A DNA stretch of 32,000 nucleotides, from NCBI GenBank assembly GCA_964514965.1, contig CAZETV010000001.1, positions 90,001 to 122,000 on the forward strand, in the 5' to 3' direction. The stretch comes from Candidatus Hadarchaeota archaeon (lineage in GTDB: Archaea > Hadarchaeota > Hadarchaeia > Hadarchaeales > Hadarchaeaceae). A program made the translations under genes and the position numbers. Positions 1 through 8,693 of this stretch are shown piece after piece (the first letter of the stretch is position 1; every line of letters starts with the position of its first letter). Below the pieces are notes generated by a model that was given only the letters and a program-made list of their open reading frames with translations, ran no database searches and was not told the DNA's origin.

Positions 1-550
1 CGGACATAATGTAAATGCCGGCAAAGAACTCGGACAATGTTCCTTGAAGGGCGAACGCAACTGCGAGGCCCCCTATCCCAAAGGCTGCGACTAATGCGGT
101 CACTTGAATGCCAAGTGCATCTAGTATAAGTAAGAATGCTACAAAAAAGATGATAATTTTCATGATTTTCTGGAGCGTTGGTACGAGTGTTTTCACGCTG
201 GGGCGCACTGTGCCGTAGTACTTTAATATTCCAGTTATAATCCTCGTGGCGCACCATGTTGTTATTAAGAGTATTAACAGGTAGCTGATGGTCGGGATAT
301 ATCGTATAACCTCAGCAGGGACAAACGTTGCACGCTCAAGAGCAAAGTTAATCCCCATAATCAAGAATATTGCAACTATCGGCACTTTAATAGCAGCGAG
401 AATGATATCGTCGATTTTGGTTTTCGTCTTTCTGGTGAGCCTACTGATGTAAATGTTTAACACAAATCTCAGCGCGTACCCCGCCACAATGAACCCGATT
501 AATATTAAAATCGGCGTTAGTATTTGCCAGAGTTCTTCAATGGTCATCAT
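1..550 (-). CDS. MscS-family small-conductance mechanosensitive channel, N-terminal part (3' end runs off the window)
   Basis: Not in the ORF track because it is truncated. My translation from ATG 550..548 reads MMTIEELWQILTPILILIGFIVAGYALRFVLNIYISRLTRKTKTKIDDIILAAIKVPIVAIFLIMG...DALGIQVTALVAAFGIGGLAVAFALQGTLSEFFAGIYIMS. It shows several TM helices followed by a Gly/Ala-rich pore helix (GIGGLAVAFALQ) typical of MscS TM3. Confidence 0.75.
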   Translation of the reverse strand, partial: MMTIEELWQILTPILILIGFIVAGYALRFVLNIYISRLTRKTKTKIDDIILAAIKVPIVAIFLIMGINFALERATFVPAEVIRYIPTISYLLILLITTWCATRIITGILKYYGTVRPSVKTLVPTLQKIMKIIIFFVAFLLILDALGIQVTALVAAFGIGGLAVAFALQGTLSEFFAGIYIMS

Positions 551-624
551 TTACACCAATGTTATTTTATAATCATATCTAAAAAACATATTTAAAACAT
601 CGCTTCCACTATTTCTTGGTTTTA
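551..624. promoter_or_regulatory. Short AT-rich divergent promoter region between the MscS gene and otsA
   Basis: The 65-74 bp spacer holds TATA-like TTATTTTATAAT (562-573) and ATATTTAAAA (588-597). The second lies about 30 nt before ATG 625 on the plus strand. Read on the minus strand it is TTTAAATA, about 40 nt before ATG 550. Confidence 0.3.
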
Positions 625-2106
625 ATGGTTTCTGCGAATGATATACAGGTGCTTGTGAAATCTAAGTTGAAAGGATACAAATTTCTAATTGTTTCTAACC
701 GTGAGCCTTACATCCATATGCACACGCCTGATGGGGTGCAGGTTAAGACCCCCGCTGGAGGTCTGACAGCGGCTCTGGACCCCCTGATGCAGACTACCGG
801 CGGAACGTGGGTGGCAGGCGGTAGTGGGGATGCCGATCGGGAAAACGTAAATAAACAAAATCGGTGCCGGGTCCCCCCCAGTAACCCGAAATATGTGCTT
901 AAACGGGTCTGGATGTCAAAGGACGAGGTGGACAAGTTTTACTTCGGTTTTTCGAATCAGACGCTCTGGCCCCTCTGCCATAACGTGTTTCGGGAACCCG
1001 TTTTCAAGAAATCGTTCTGGAACGGTTACAAGCACTCGAACGCACTGTACGCGGAAGCTATCAGGCAGGAGATGAAGGGAATAGATAAAGCTTTCATTTG
1101 GTTTCATGACTATCACTTGGGGCTAGCACCAAGAATGGTCAGGAATGGAGCCCCGAAAAAACAAAAGCTTGTGCTTGCTCATTTTTGGCATATTCCTTGG
1201 CCCACATGGGATACATTCACCCTTCTACCGTGGGGGGAGGCGATACTCGACGGCATGCTCGCGAACGACCTCATTGGTTTTCACCTCCATAGTTATTGTG
1301 TCAACTTCTTGACGAGCGTTGAGAAGGTGATGGGAATTAAACCCGATTACAGGACACTTAACGTGAGATATAAAGGACGCAGCATTCACGTGAGGCCCTT
1401 CCCTATAAGCGTGGATTTTGAAACCATTGATAAACTGGTGAGAAGCCCAGGGGTAAAGCGGGAGATGAAGCGCGTCCGAGCTCTCCAGTACATTCCATAC
1501 AAATATATCGGTGTAGGCGTAGATCGGATTGACTACACAAAGGGCATCATTGAGAGGTTCAGGGCCATAGATCGGTTTTTGGAGAAGTACCCAGAGTACC
1601 AGAATAATTTTGTGTTCGTGGAAGCAGGGGCACCAAGCCGCACACGAATTCCAAAGTATATGGAACTGAACGAGGAGATATCTAAAGTTGTCGAAAAGAT
1701 TAATTGGAAATACATGAGGGGCTATTGGAAACCTATCATTTACATTGGGGGAAAGTTGGGTCCAGATAAACTTTTCGCATTATACAGAACCGCTGATGTT
1801 TGTTTAGTGAGCCCGATTCAAGACGGGATGAACTTGGTGGCGAAGGAATTCATCTCTGCAAATTTAGATTGCACGGGAGCGTTGATGTTAAGCAAATTTG
1901 CGGGAGCAACAGAGGAACTGGAGGGTGCCGTGATAATCAATCCTTATGATGTGGAGGGATTTGCAGACGCGATTAAAGATACTTTGGGCATGTCGCTGAA
2001 AGAGAAGCGCCAAAGGATGAAAAGTCTAAGGGCTAATGTTAAAAGGAATAATGTTTTCAAGTGGTTGTCAGATTTTATTTGCGAGGTCGCAAAATTCATC
2101 TCGTGA
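616..2106 (+). CDS. otsA: Trehalose-6-phosphate synthase (GT20, OtsA)
   Basis: The 496-aa ORF carries GT20 hallmarks: FYFGFSNQTLWPLCH, WFHDYHL, GVDRIDYTKGI and SPIQDGMNLVAKEF. It is colinear with E. coli OtsA as I remember it. TTG is at 616 and the first ATG is at 625, which may be the real start. Confidence 0.9.
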   Translation: MVLMVSANDIQVLVKSKLKGYKFLIVSNREPYIHMHTPDGVQVKTPAGGLTAALDPLMQTTGGTWVAGGSGDADRENVNKQNRCRVPPSNPKYVLKRVWMSKDEVDKFYFGFSNQTLWPLCHNVFREPVFKKSFWNGYKHSNALYAEAIRQEMKGIDKAFIWFHDYHLGLAPRMVRNGAPKKQKLVLAHFWHIPWPTWDTFTLLPWGEAILDGMLANDLIGFHLHSYCVNFLTSVEKVMGIKPDYRTLNVRYKGRSIHVRPFPISVDFETIDKLVRSPGVKREMKRVRALQYIPYKYIGVGVDRIDYTKGIIERFRAIDRFLEKYPEYQNNFVFVEAGAPSRTRIPKYMELNEEISKVVEKINWKYMRGYWKPIIYIGGKLGPDKLFALYRTADVCLVSPIQDGMNLVAKEFISANLDCTGALMLSKFAGATEELEGAVIINPYDVEGFADAIKDTLGMSLKEKRQRMKSLRANVKRNNVFKWLSDFICEVAKFIS

Positions 2107-2111
2107 TTCGA

Positions 2112-2897
2112 ATGAAATATCTTTTTGATTTCTGGGAGGAAGTGAAGCGAGCTTTAACGCCTGGCGCTTTGTTGTTGCTCGATTACGATGGCACCCTCAC
2201 TCCCATTGTCGAGAGACCAGAACTTGCTACTCTCTCACCAGATATGGGGGAATTACTTAAACGTGTGTCCCAGCACTACACGCTGGGGATAATAAGCGGC
2301 AGGTCGCTCGCTGATGTGAAAAGGCTAGTTGGGCTGGAGGGGATATATTATGCGGGAAACCATGGTTTCAAAATAATTGGTCCGGGGGTGAAATTAGTCA
2401 AACCCGAGGCCGAGCGTGTGTGCTCAACTTTAATCAAATTTTGCAAGGAGTTACAGGAAAAACTGAGCAAAATCAAGGGAGCGATTGTTGAGAACAAGGG
2501 ATTGACGGCAAGCGTTCATTACCGATTAGTCGCGGGGGGGGAGTTTGGCCATCTAAAAAACATTTTTGAAAAGGTGGTTAGTCCGTACATAGATTCAGGG
2601 GTAATAAAAGTTACCCGTGGTAAGAAAGTTTTCGAGATAAGACCGAACATTGAGTGGGACAAAGGGAAAGCTGTGCTTTGGATATATAGTGTAGTTGACC
2701 CCAAAGGAAAGCTCAAGCCAATTTATGTAGGAGATGACCAAACAGATGAGGACGCTTTTTTGGCTTTGAAAGAAAAGGGCATAACTATCTTGATTTCTGA
2801 GGAGCCGATAGAATCGAACGCAAAATACTTCGTAAAAAATATCGACGAGGTTAAGACATTTTTTGAAAAACTAATAAATCTTAGCGCAGATATTTAG
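2112..2897 (+). CDS. otsB: Trehalose-6-phosphate phosphatase (HAD family, OtsB)
   Basis: HAD motif I is LLLDYDGTLTP and the late acidic motif is VGDDQTDEDAF. ATG 2112 lies 5 nt after the otsA stop. The track start at 2061 overlaps otsA and adds a non-conserved MVVRFYLRGRK extension. Confidence 0.85.
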   Translation: MKYLFDFWEEVKRALTPGALLLLDYDGTLTPIVERPELATLSPDMGELLKRVSQHYTLGIISGRSLADVKRLVGLEGIYYAGNHGFKIIGPGVKLVKPEAERVCSTLIKFCKELQEKLSKIKGAIVENKGLTASVHYRLVAGGEFGHLKNIFEKVVSPYIDSGVIKVTRGKKVFEIRPNIEWDKGKAVLWIYSVVDPKGKLKPIYVGDDQTDEDAFLALKEKGITILISEEPIESNAKYFVKNIDEVKTFFEKLINLSADI

Positions 2898-2908
2898 GGG
2901 GAATGTGA

Positions 2909-3925
2909 ATGAAAGCATTGATGCTAGCGGGCGGGTTTGCGACTCGACTTGGTACTATCGGCGAGCAGATGCCCAAGGCAATGATAGTTGTCGAAGGGGA
3001 CACAGTTCTTGGCCATTTGATTAAGAAGCTCGAAAATGAGAAAATTGAGCCGATAATCTCGACAAATAAAAAGTTTGAGAATTTTTTTGAAAGATATAAA
3101 AATGTTTTTGTCGAAGAAGCGACGGCGGAGGAAGAAAAACTTGGGGCAGTTCAGGCAATAAATAATGCAATCAAAAAGCTGAAAATTGATGAGGATCTTT
3201 TGGTAGTGTGTGCCGACAATTATTTCTCCTCCGATTTCAATAGTTTCGTCTCCAGTTACACAGGTGAGCCGCTCATCGGCGTTTATCACGCGGGTCAAAA
3301 CCCAGACATGAATCCAGAAGAGATGGCGACGATGAAATTTAAGGGAAGCGAAAGTTTTCCGCCGCCGGAGCAGAGCTTTTATCTAACCGATTTTAAAGAA
3401 AAAGTTAAACCGCCACTTAGCGATTACGTCAGTGCTGGCATATACCTCTACCCAAAATCAATTTTTCCAATATTAGACGAGTTCTGCAAGAGTGGAACTC
3501 AGGATGCTCCCGGATTTTTCATTCAACATTTGCAGGAACGTGGCGTGAAAGTCAAGGGCTATTTGTTCGGGGGTGAGTGGCACGATGTATCTCACAAGAG
3601 TTACCTCCAAGTCTTTAGTGATGCAAGACTCGTGAGGAGCGATGACCGTTACATTATATGTGATAAACCCTTGGGCGAGAACTTGGTGCTTTCGATCACA
3701 ATTTTGCATGCGGGTAAACACACGACTGGGCATTCCCACTCGGTTAATGAGGTTTACTTCTTTGTCGAGGGGCAGGGCGAGATTGAGCTAGATGGTGAGC
3801 GGAGGGTCGTGAGGAGTAAGGATGTATTACCTATAAAGCCTGACGAGTTTCACCGTGTTTACAACACATCGGACATAGATCTCATCTTCATGTGTGTGTT
3901 TGAAAAATATGGGGAGAGGGGATAG
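2909..3925 (+). CDS. Sugar-phosphate nucleotidyltransferase fused to a C-terminal metal-binding cupin domain (PMI/PGI-like)
   Basis: The N-terminus MKALMLAGGFATRLG...MPKAM matches the NDP-sugar pyrophosphorylase loop. The C-terminal ~100 aa carry GKHTTGHSHSVNEVYFFVEG (G-x5-H-x-H-x3-E-x6-G) and KPDEFHRVYN (P-x3-H-x3-N). An SD-like AGGGGGA sits 7 nt upstream of the ATG. Confidence 0.7.
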   Translation: MKALMLAGGFATRLGTIGEQMPKAMIVVEGDTVLGHLIKKLENEKIEPIISTNKKFENFFERYKNVFVEEATAEEEKLGAVQAINNAIKKLKIDEDLLVVCADNYFSSDFNSFVSSYTGEPLIGVYHAGQNPDMNPEEMATMKFKGSESFPPPEQSFYLTDFKEKVKPPLSDYVSAGIYLYPKSIFPILDEFCKSGTQDAPGFFIQHLQERGVKVKGYLFGGEWHDVSHKSYLQVFSDARLVRSDDRYIICDKPLGENLVLSITILHAGKHTTGHSHSVNEVYFFVEGQGEIELDGERRVVRSKDVLPIKPDEFHRVYNTSDIDLIFMCVFEKYGERG

Positions 3926-3970
3926 CTCCAAAAGTAAAAGTCGAAAAGCTTTGAGTATTCTGGGATAAAT

Positions 3971-5011
3971 TTGACAAAGATTAAGTTTGAAAAGAGGGTT
4001 CAAGAAGCTAAGCTACTAAGTCCTCTACAGGATTTCAAACTGGTTACCCAACCAATCGAACTTAGAAAGGATCCACTTACTGGAAGACGGTGCAGAATAA
4101 ATCTTGAGCGCGCGAAAAGGCCGAAACAAGCAACCGAGATAACCGACATAGAAAATATCATCGAAGCCTCTCGGGCCAAATGCTTCTTCTGCTCAGAAAA
4201 TTTGGAGAAAATGACTCCAATGTTCCCAGAGGATTTCCCGGAGGGTAGGATAAAGGTCGGAACCGCATGTATATTCCCGAATCTCTTTCCGTTTGGTGCT
4301 TTTCACGCAGTTGGGGTCTTCTCGGGAGATCACCACCTAGGTCTTAGTCAATTTTCACCTGAGTTACTTGAGGATTGTTTCGAGGGGTGTTTGAGGTATT
4401 TCGAGCAAGTACACGCGAGGCATCCTGAAATCAAGTATTGGCACATAAACTGGAACTACATGCCGCCTGCTGCTGCCAGCATCATCCATCCGCACGTTCA
4501 GCTCACGGCTGACTCGGACCCGACTTCACGGTTCAAAGAATTAATCACAAGCAGCAAATCCTATTTCGATAGGGAAAGGAGTAATTATTGGTCAGACTTA
4601 GCGGAGGCGGAGAGAGAGAAAGGAGAGAGGTTTATCGAGAAAACTGGCCCCGTGGTTTGGATTACGAGTTTTGCTCCCGAAGGAAACAGCGAGGTTGTAG
4701 CAGTCTTCACAGGAATTTCCGCGATGACCGACCTCAAAAAACGCGGGCTCGGATATTTTTGCGATGGACTTTCTCGAATTTTGGAGGGTTATCATGCTCT
4801 TGGAGTTCAGAGTTTTAACATGGCGACATTTTCGGGTCCATGTGATGAGAACTTAAGCGAGTATTACCTTCTCAATGCGAAGTTGGTGTCTAGACCTAGC
4901 CCGAGACAATTTTATACGAGCGACGACGGTTTCATGGAGAAACTTCATCACGAGAGTATTGTCGAGACCATGCCAGAAACCCTTGCTGGAAAATTAAGGG
5001 AACACTTCTAG
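3971..5011 (+). CDS. GalT-family hexose-1-phosphate nucleotidyltransferase / NDP-hexose phosphorylase-like protein
   Basis: Motifs are ELRKDPLTGRRCRINLERAKRP, CFFCSEN (CxxC Zn-site position), FPNLFPF, and IIHPHVQL (the His-Pro-His nucleotidylated-histidine motif). The start is TTG. The next in-frame Met is too far downstream to be the start. Confidence 0.7.
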   Translation: MTKIKFEKRVQEAKLLSPLQDFKLVTQPIELRKDPLTGRRCRINLERAKRPKQATEITDIENIIEASRAKCFFCSENLEKMTPMFPEDFPEGRIKVGTACIFPNLFPFGAFHAVGVFSGDHHLGLSQFSPELLEDCFEGCLRYFEQVHARHPEIKYWHINWNYMPPAAASIIHPHVQLTADSDPTSRFKELITSSKSYFDRERSNYWSDLAEAEREKGERFIEKTGPVVWITSFAPEGNSEVVAVFTGISAMTDLKKRGLGYFCDGLSRILEGYHALGVQSFNMATFSGPCDENLSEYYLLNAKLVSRPSPRQFYTSDDGFMEKLHHESIVETMPETLAGKLREHF

Positions 5012-5026
5012 CCATTGATGCGGAGC

Positions 5027-6394
5027 CTATTCGCCGAGCACATCGGAGAAAACATTCAAAAGAGCTTGGGCGCCTTGCTTGATGTAACATCTTTTCGCAG
5101 TTTCAAATCCCAATTTTCCCATTTCGTTTGCAGCTCCGGGTTTCGAAAGCACTCTGGTTATCTTGCTTGCGAGTTCTTCGTGATCGTTTGGGGAAAAGAT
5201 GCAACCGTTTTCTCCATCAGTGATGAGTTCGGAGACCCCGGCTCCCGAACTGACCACGACGGGCTTTTTGTATAGCCACCCCTCAAGTACCGCTAACCCG
5301 AAGCCCTCCAACACAGAGGGTAGGACCAACACATCGGCTCTCGTATAAGCTGCTCTTAGCTCATCACCTTTTATGTATCGGGTGAAGATGATTTTTTGGC
5401 GGACACCAAGCTTGTTCGCCAGTCGTTCTAACCTATCTAACCATCTTACTCCTTTCGTGATCCCCAGACCACCCGTGCGAGCACTCGAAAAGCTCCCGTT
5501 TCCGACTAGCACAAGTTTTGCAGTAGGAAAGTGTTTGATAATTCGCGCCAGAACTCTAACTGCAGTGTCTTGACTTTTTATTGGATCAAGACGGGCAACC
5601 ACAAGGATTATCAGGTCATCGTTTTTGATTCCAAACCTCTCGCAAAACTGATTGACTCTACTGTCCGACGCTCGACCGTACGCTCTTTCATCGATGTGGG
5701 GGTAAATCTGATAAATCCGACCTTTAAAACCAGCTTTTGACAAACTCCGCTTGTATTTCTTACAACTAACGATGACGGCATCGTAGTCGTTTAGATATCT
5801 CCGTAAAAAGGCACTCCATCCCGGAGTCATCTTCGTCATGTCGAGAGGAATGTGCCATCGGAAAATTTTTCGCGTTACTGGGCCAGTCATTGACCCAACC
5901 AAAAGCAGCTGGAAATCGTGCACGTAAAACATGTCAAAATTAATCTCGGCGTGCAAGTCCATCATCTTCTTCGCGTAGTACCAGTTGAAGAGGGCATAGT
6001 CAACGAAGTGCTTGCGGGGAATCCACGTTTGTTCTAAACCGTGAACGTTTCTCCACATTGATTCCTTGAAGTGCCCGTAGCTAGCCATTTCATGGAATTC
6101 TAATTCAATCCGGTGTAGCACTATCCCGCCGAACGATGTCATCTCAGGGCTCAGAGGATTAATCGCCACCCAGTGGGGTCTCCGAATCTTATTTGTCTTG
6201 TACATCCATTGAAGCATTGGGGCGACCATGCCTGTAACTCCGCCCGGTGTATAAACGAAGTCTTCACCTTCCAAGAGCATTTTTAGCTGCATCGGTTTCG
6301 AGAGGTCACCATATTTCTCAAACAGTGCATCAGGATCTAACTTAAACCGTACTGGAGGAGTTTGAGAGCTTACGCATAGTGATACTTTTCGCAT
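5027..6394 (-). CDS. GT4 glycosyltransferase, trehalose glycosyltransferring synthase (TreT)-like
   Basis: The GT-B C-terminal motif is EGFGLAVLEGWLYKKPVVVSSGAGVSELITDGENG. The mid-region WHIPLDMTK...FLRRYLNDYDAVIV resembles Thermococcus TreT (WRCHIDL...FLRRFVEKYDRYIF) from memory. I moved the start to ATG 6394 (M37 of the track ORF) because the 5' extension overlaps the PIN remnant. Confidence 0.6.
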   Translation of the reverse strand: MRKVSLCVSSQTPPVRFKLDPDALFEKYGDLSKPMQLKMLLEGEDFVYTPGGVTGMVAPMLQWMYKTNKIRRPHWVAINPLSPEMTSFGGIVLHRIELEFHEMASYGHFKESMWRNVHGLEQTWIPRKHFVDYALFNWYYAKKMMDLHAEINFDMFYVHDFQLLLVGSMTGPVTRKIFRWHIPLDMTKMTPGWSAFLRRYLNDYDAVIVSCKKYKRSLSKAGFKGRIYQIYPHIDERAYGRASDSRVNQFCERFGIKNDDLIILVVARLDPIKSQDTAVRVLARIIKHFPTAKLVLVGNGSFSSARTGGLGITKGVRWLDRLERLANKLGVRQKIIFTRYIKGDELRAAYTRADVLVLPSVLEGFGLAVLEGWLYKKPVVVSSGAGVSELITDGENGCIFSPNDHEELASKITRVLSKPGAANEMGKLGFETAKRCYIKQGAQALLNVFSDVLGE

Positions 6395-6453
6395 TAAAGT
6401 TAATCTGTTAACTACCTTTTTACATTTTTCGAAACTAAAAAATAGATTTAAAA

Positions 6454-6859
6454 TTAAGCATGCTGAGTGTATTGTAGTTTGAGAAATTGAGTCGGTTTGC
6501 AAATTTTTGTTTGGGTGAACTCTCCAAGTTCTAGTAAATGATAATCGGAAGTAATCAAGTAATCCGCTTTACCTTCGAGAGCACATTCCAATAATTTGTC
6601 ATCCTCGGGGTCGCTTAATTTTGAAAACTTTTTGAGTTGGTTCAACTTGGGAAGCTTTTATAAAAAGACTTTTCACTTTTTCCTGGAATTCTCTATTCGC
6701 CTTCACGTTTCCCAATATCCGCTCTATTTCTTCACGAAGTTGGGAAGAGAAAATTAATTAGTGTTTGTTCTCGAGGCAAAGTTCAATGATTTTTGCTGAA
6801 GCACTTTTTCGATTAAAATAAGCCGCAATGAAAATATTCGTATCTAAAATCACCTTCAA
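6454..6859 (-). pseudogene. Decayed PIN-domain (TIGR00305-like toxin component) gene with one in-frame stop and one frameshift
   Basis: My translation from TTG 6859 reads LKVILDTNIFIAAYFNRKSASAKIIELCLENKH-TAA(6760..6758)-LIFSSQLREEIERILGNVKANREFQEKVKSLFIKAS. The conserved C-terminus KLSDPEDDKLLECALEGKADYLITSDYHLLELGEF continues in another frame (track ORF 6454..6645). The frame switch is near the T5/A4 runs at 6655-6667. Confidence 0.65.
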
Positions 6860-6877
6860 CAATCTCCGCTCCTAAAA

Positions 6878-7468
6878 TCATAGCACGGCATTAACTAATT
6901 CCCTTATTTCTGCTTGAGCTTCATCGTATGAACACGTTCCATTGACTATTTTTAGTCTCTTCTGCTTGGCGATACGCAAATAATTTTGACGTACTAGTTC
7001 TTGGAGTCGCAGGTTTCTTTCGAACTCATCAAGCCTGCGTGATGACTTGATTCGGGCAAACGCAACATCAACGGGCACATCGATTAGAATACCCAAGTCT
7101 GGCATGAGCGCATGTTTGTTGATTGAACTTATCCAGTTCGTCGATAATCCTCTCGCCGACTGATATGCGAGCGAAGAGCTAACGTACCTTTCATTCAGCA
7201 CCACCTTCCCAGTTCTGAGGGCGGGTTGAATAACATCCGAAATATGTTGCGCCCTGTCGGCGGCGAACAACAGCGCTTCGGCAGCGATTGGAAGATTAAG
7301 CTTTCCCATTAATGCGCGTTTGATTGTTCTTCCGATTGCGCCATTCGTCGGTTCATCTGTAACGACTACCTTGTGATCATGGGAGCGGAGCCATCTAGCT
7401 AACAATTTGACATGAGTGCTCTTGCCGCATCCATCGATCCCCTCGATTGAGATAAACTTTCCTTTCAT
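6878..7468 (-). CDS. tmk: Thymidylate kinase
   Basis: The P-loop FISIEGIDGCGKSTH is followed by DEPT, the DR(A/Y) region (FAADRAQH) and a lid region. The length of 196 aa is typical. Confidence 0.9.
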   Translation of the reverse strand: MKGKFISIEGIDGCGKSTHVKLLARWLRSHDHKVVVTDEPTNGAIGRTIKRALMGKLNLPIAAEALLFAADRAQHISDVIQPALRTGKVVLNERYVSSSLAYQSARGLSTNWISSINKHALMPDLGILIDVPVDVAFARIKSSRRLDEFERNLRLQELVRQNYLRIAKQKRLKIVNGTCSYDEAQAEIRELVNAVL

Positions 7469-7514
7469 GTTAGCACTAAAGTCCCTAACATTAGTAGACC
7501 TATGTAGCTATCGG

Positions 7515-8684
7515 TCAGCCTGAAGGGATGGGCAGGCACAGCAGGAAAACGATGAAGGTCGCAACAGCAAGCCATTTCTGGCGTTTTGAGAGCCTTGAAA
7601 CATCGTCAAGTGCACCAATGTGGTATCCTCTGAACATAAGAAGGATAAGGAAGCCGAATATCCAGAGAGGGAGTTCAGGGAAAAAGAAACCGAAGAGGAG
7701 GAGGCCGAAACCAAGCATGCGGGTGAGCTCGTAGTGTCGCTCTCGGCTCATCAACCCCCGCGCGACGTGCCCACCGTCAAGCTGCCCAGCAGGAAGCAAG
7801 TTGAACATCGTCACCAGAAGCACCACCCATCCTGCGAATGCGAGTGGGTTGATACTCATAGCAGCGGGCATATAGCCGAAAGCGAGCACTTGCAGCACGG
7901 CAAATATCGCTGGCGTGAAAAAAAGGGAGAGCCCTCCGTCGGGTTTTGACAACATCAGGCCAATGGCGGTGAGTGGGAGAGCTACAATGAAACCCAACAG
8001 CGGCCCAGTAGCTCCCATCTCGACCAAAGCCTCTTTCGTCGGGATGGGACTTTTGATACGGATGACCGCGCCTAAAGTACCAAGCAATAGTGGCGCCGGG
8101 ATAAAATAAGGCAATGTTGACTCAACTCCATTTCGCCACGCCGCAATTTTGTGGCCGAATTCATGCGCCCCCAACATGAGCATTATCGAGGCGGAGAACA
8201 GAACACCATATAGAGTTTTGTCGAAAAGCAAGAAGTAACCAGAGATCAAGAAATAGCCAGCTAGGAAGGTCGTTAAGAAGGTCACACCCAAGAGGAGCAA
8301 ATTTATAGTGATTCTGCTCTTGCCAACGCTAGGATATTTCACCATCAACAACCTGAGCTCTCCATTATGTCTGCGCATCGCGGGTAGATAGCCCCCCTGC
8401 TTGGCTGCGCCTAGCAATGCGCGAAATGATTGTTTGGGGTCGCGCGCGATCACTTCTTCTACCCGCTCTTTTGAAGTGGCGAAGTCCGAAATCTCGAAAT
8501 GTTTTGCAACGAGTTCCAGCAGTTCTGCCAGCCATTTGGGCGGCTCATTGGCAACAACTTTTAAGTCTTTGCCGCATTTGGGGCACTCATTTTGAGCGAG
8601 TTCACCTATCTCTCGCACAGACATTCGATAATCAGAATATTCGCAGCTGATACACTCGAACTTAGCGACCGGGAGTTTCTTCAT
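7515..8684 (-). CDS. M50 (site-2 protease family) membrane metalloprotease with an N-terminal zinc-ribbon
   Basis: It has HEFGHKIAAW (HExxH) and NLLPAGQLDGGH (the third metal ligand motif) within multiple TM helices. The N-terminal zinc-ribbon is CISCEY...CPKCG (CxxC-x22-CxxC). Confidence 0.85.
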   Translation of the reverse strand: MKKLPVAKFECISCEYSDYRMSVREIGELAQNECPKCGKDLKVVANEPPKWLAELLELVAKHFEISDFATSKERVEEVIARDPKQSFRALLGAAKQGGYLPAMRRHNGELRLLMVKYPSVGKSRITINLLLLGVTFLTTFLAGYFLISGYFLLFDKTLYGVLFSASIMLMLGAHEFGHKIAAWRNGVESTLPYFIPAPLLLGTLGAVIRIKSPIPTKEALVEMGATGPLLGFIVALPLTAIGLMLSKPDGGLSLFFTPAIFAVLQVLAFGYMPAAMSINPLAFAGWVVLLVTMFNLLPAGQLDGGHVARGLMSRERHYELTRMLGFGLLLFGFFFPELPLWIFGFLILLMFRGYHIGALDDVSRLSKRQKWLAVATFIVFLLCLPIPSG

Positions 8685-8693
8685 TCCGTTTCC

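Noticed and set aside
6395-6502. N-terminal extension of the GT4 ORF (MQTDSISQTTIHSACLILNLFFSFEKCKKVVNRLTL).
   Set aside because: It overlaps the 3' end of the PIN remnant and runs through a TATA-like AT-rich promoter. The internal ATG 6394 gives a sensible N-terminus. The same reasoning trims the track starts at 2061 (otsB) and 10469 (leuB).
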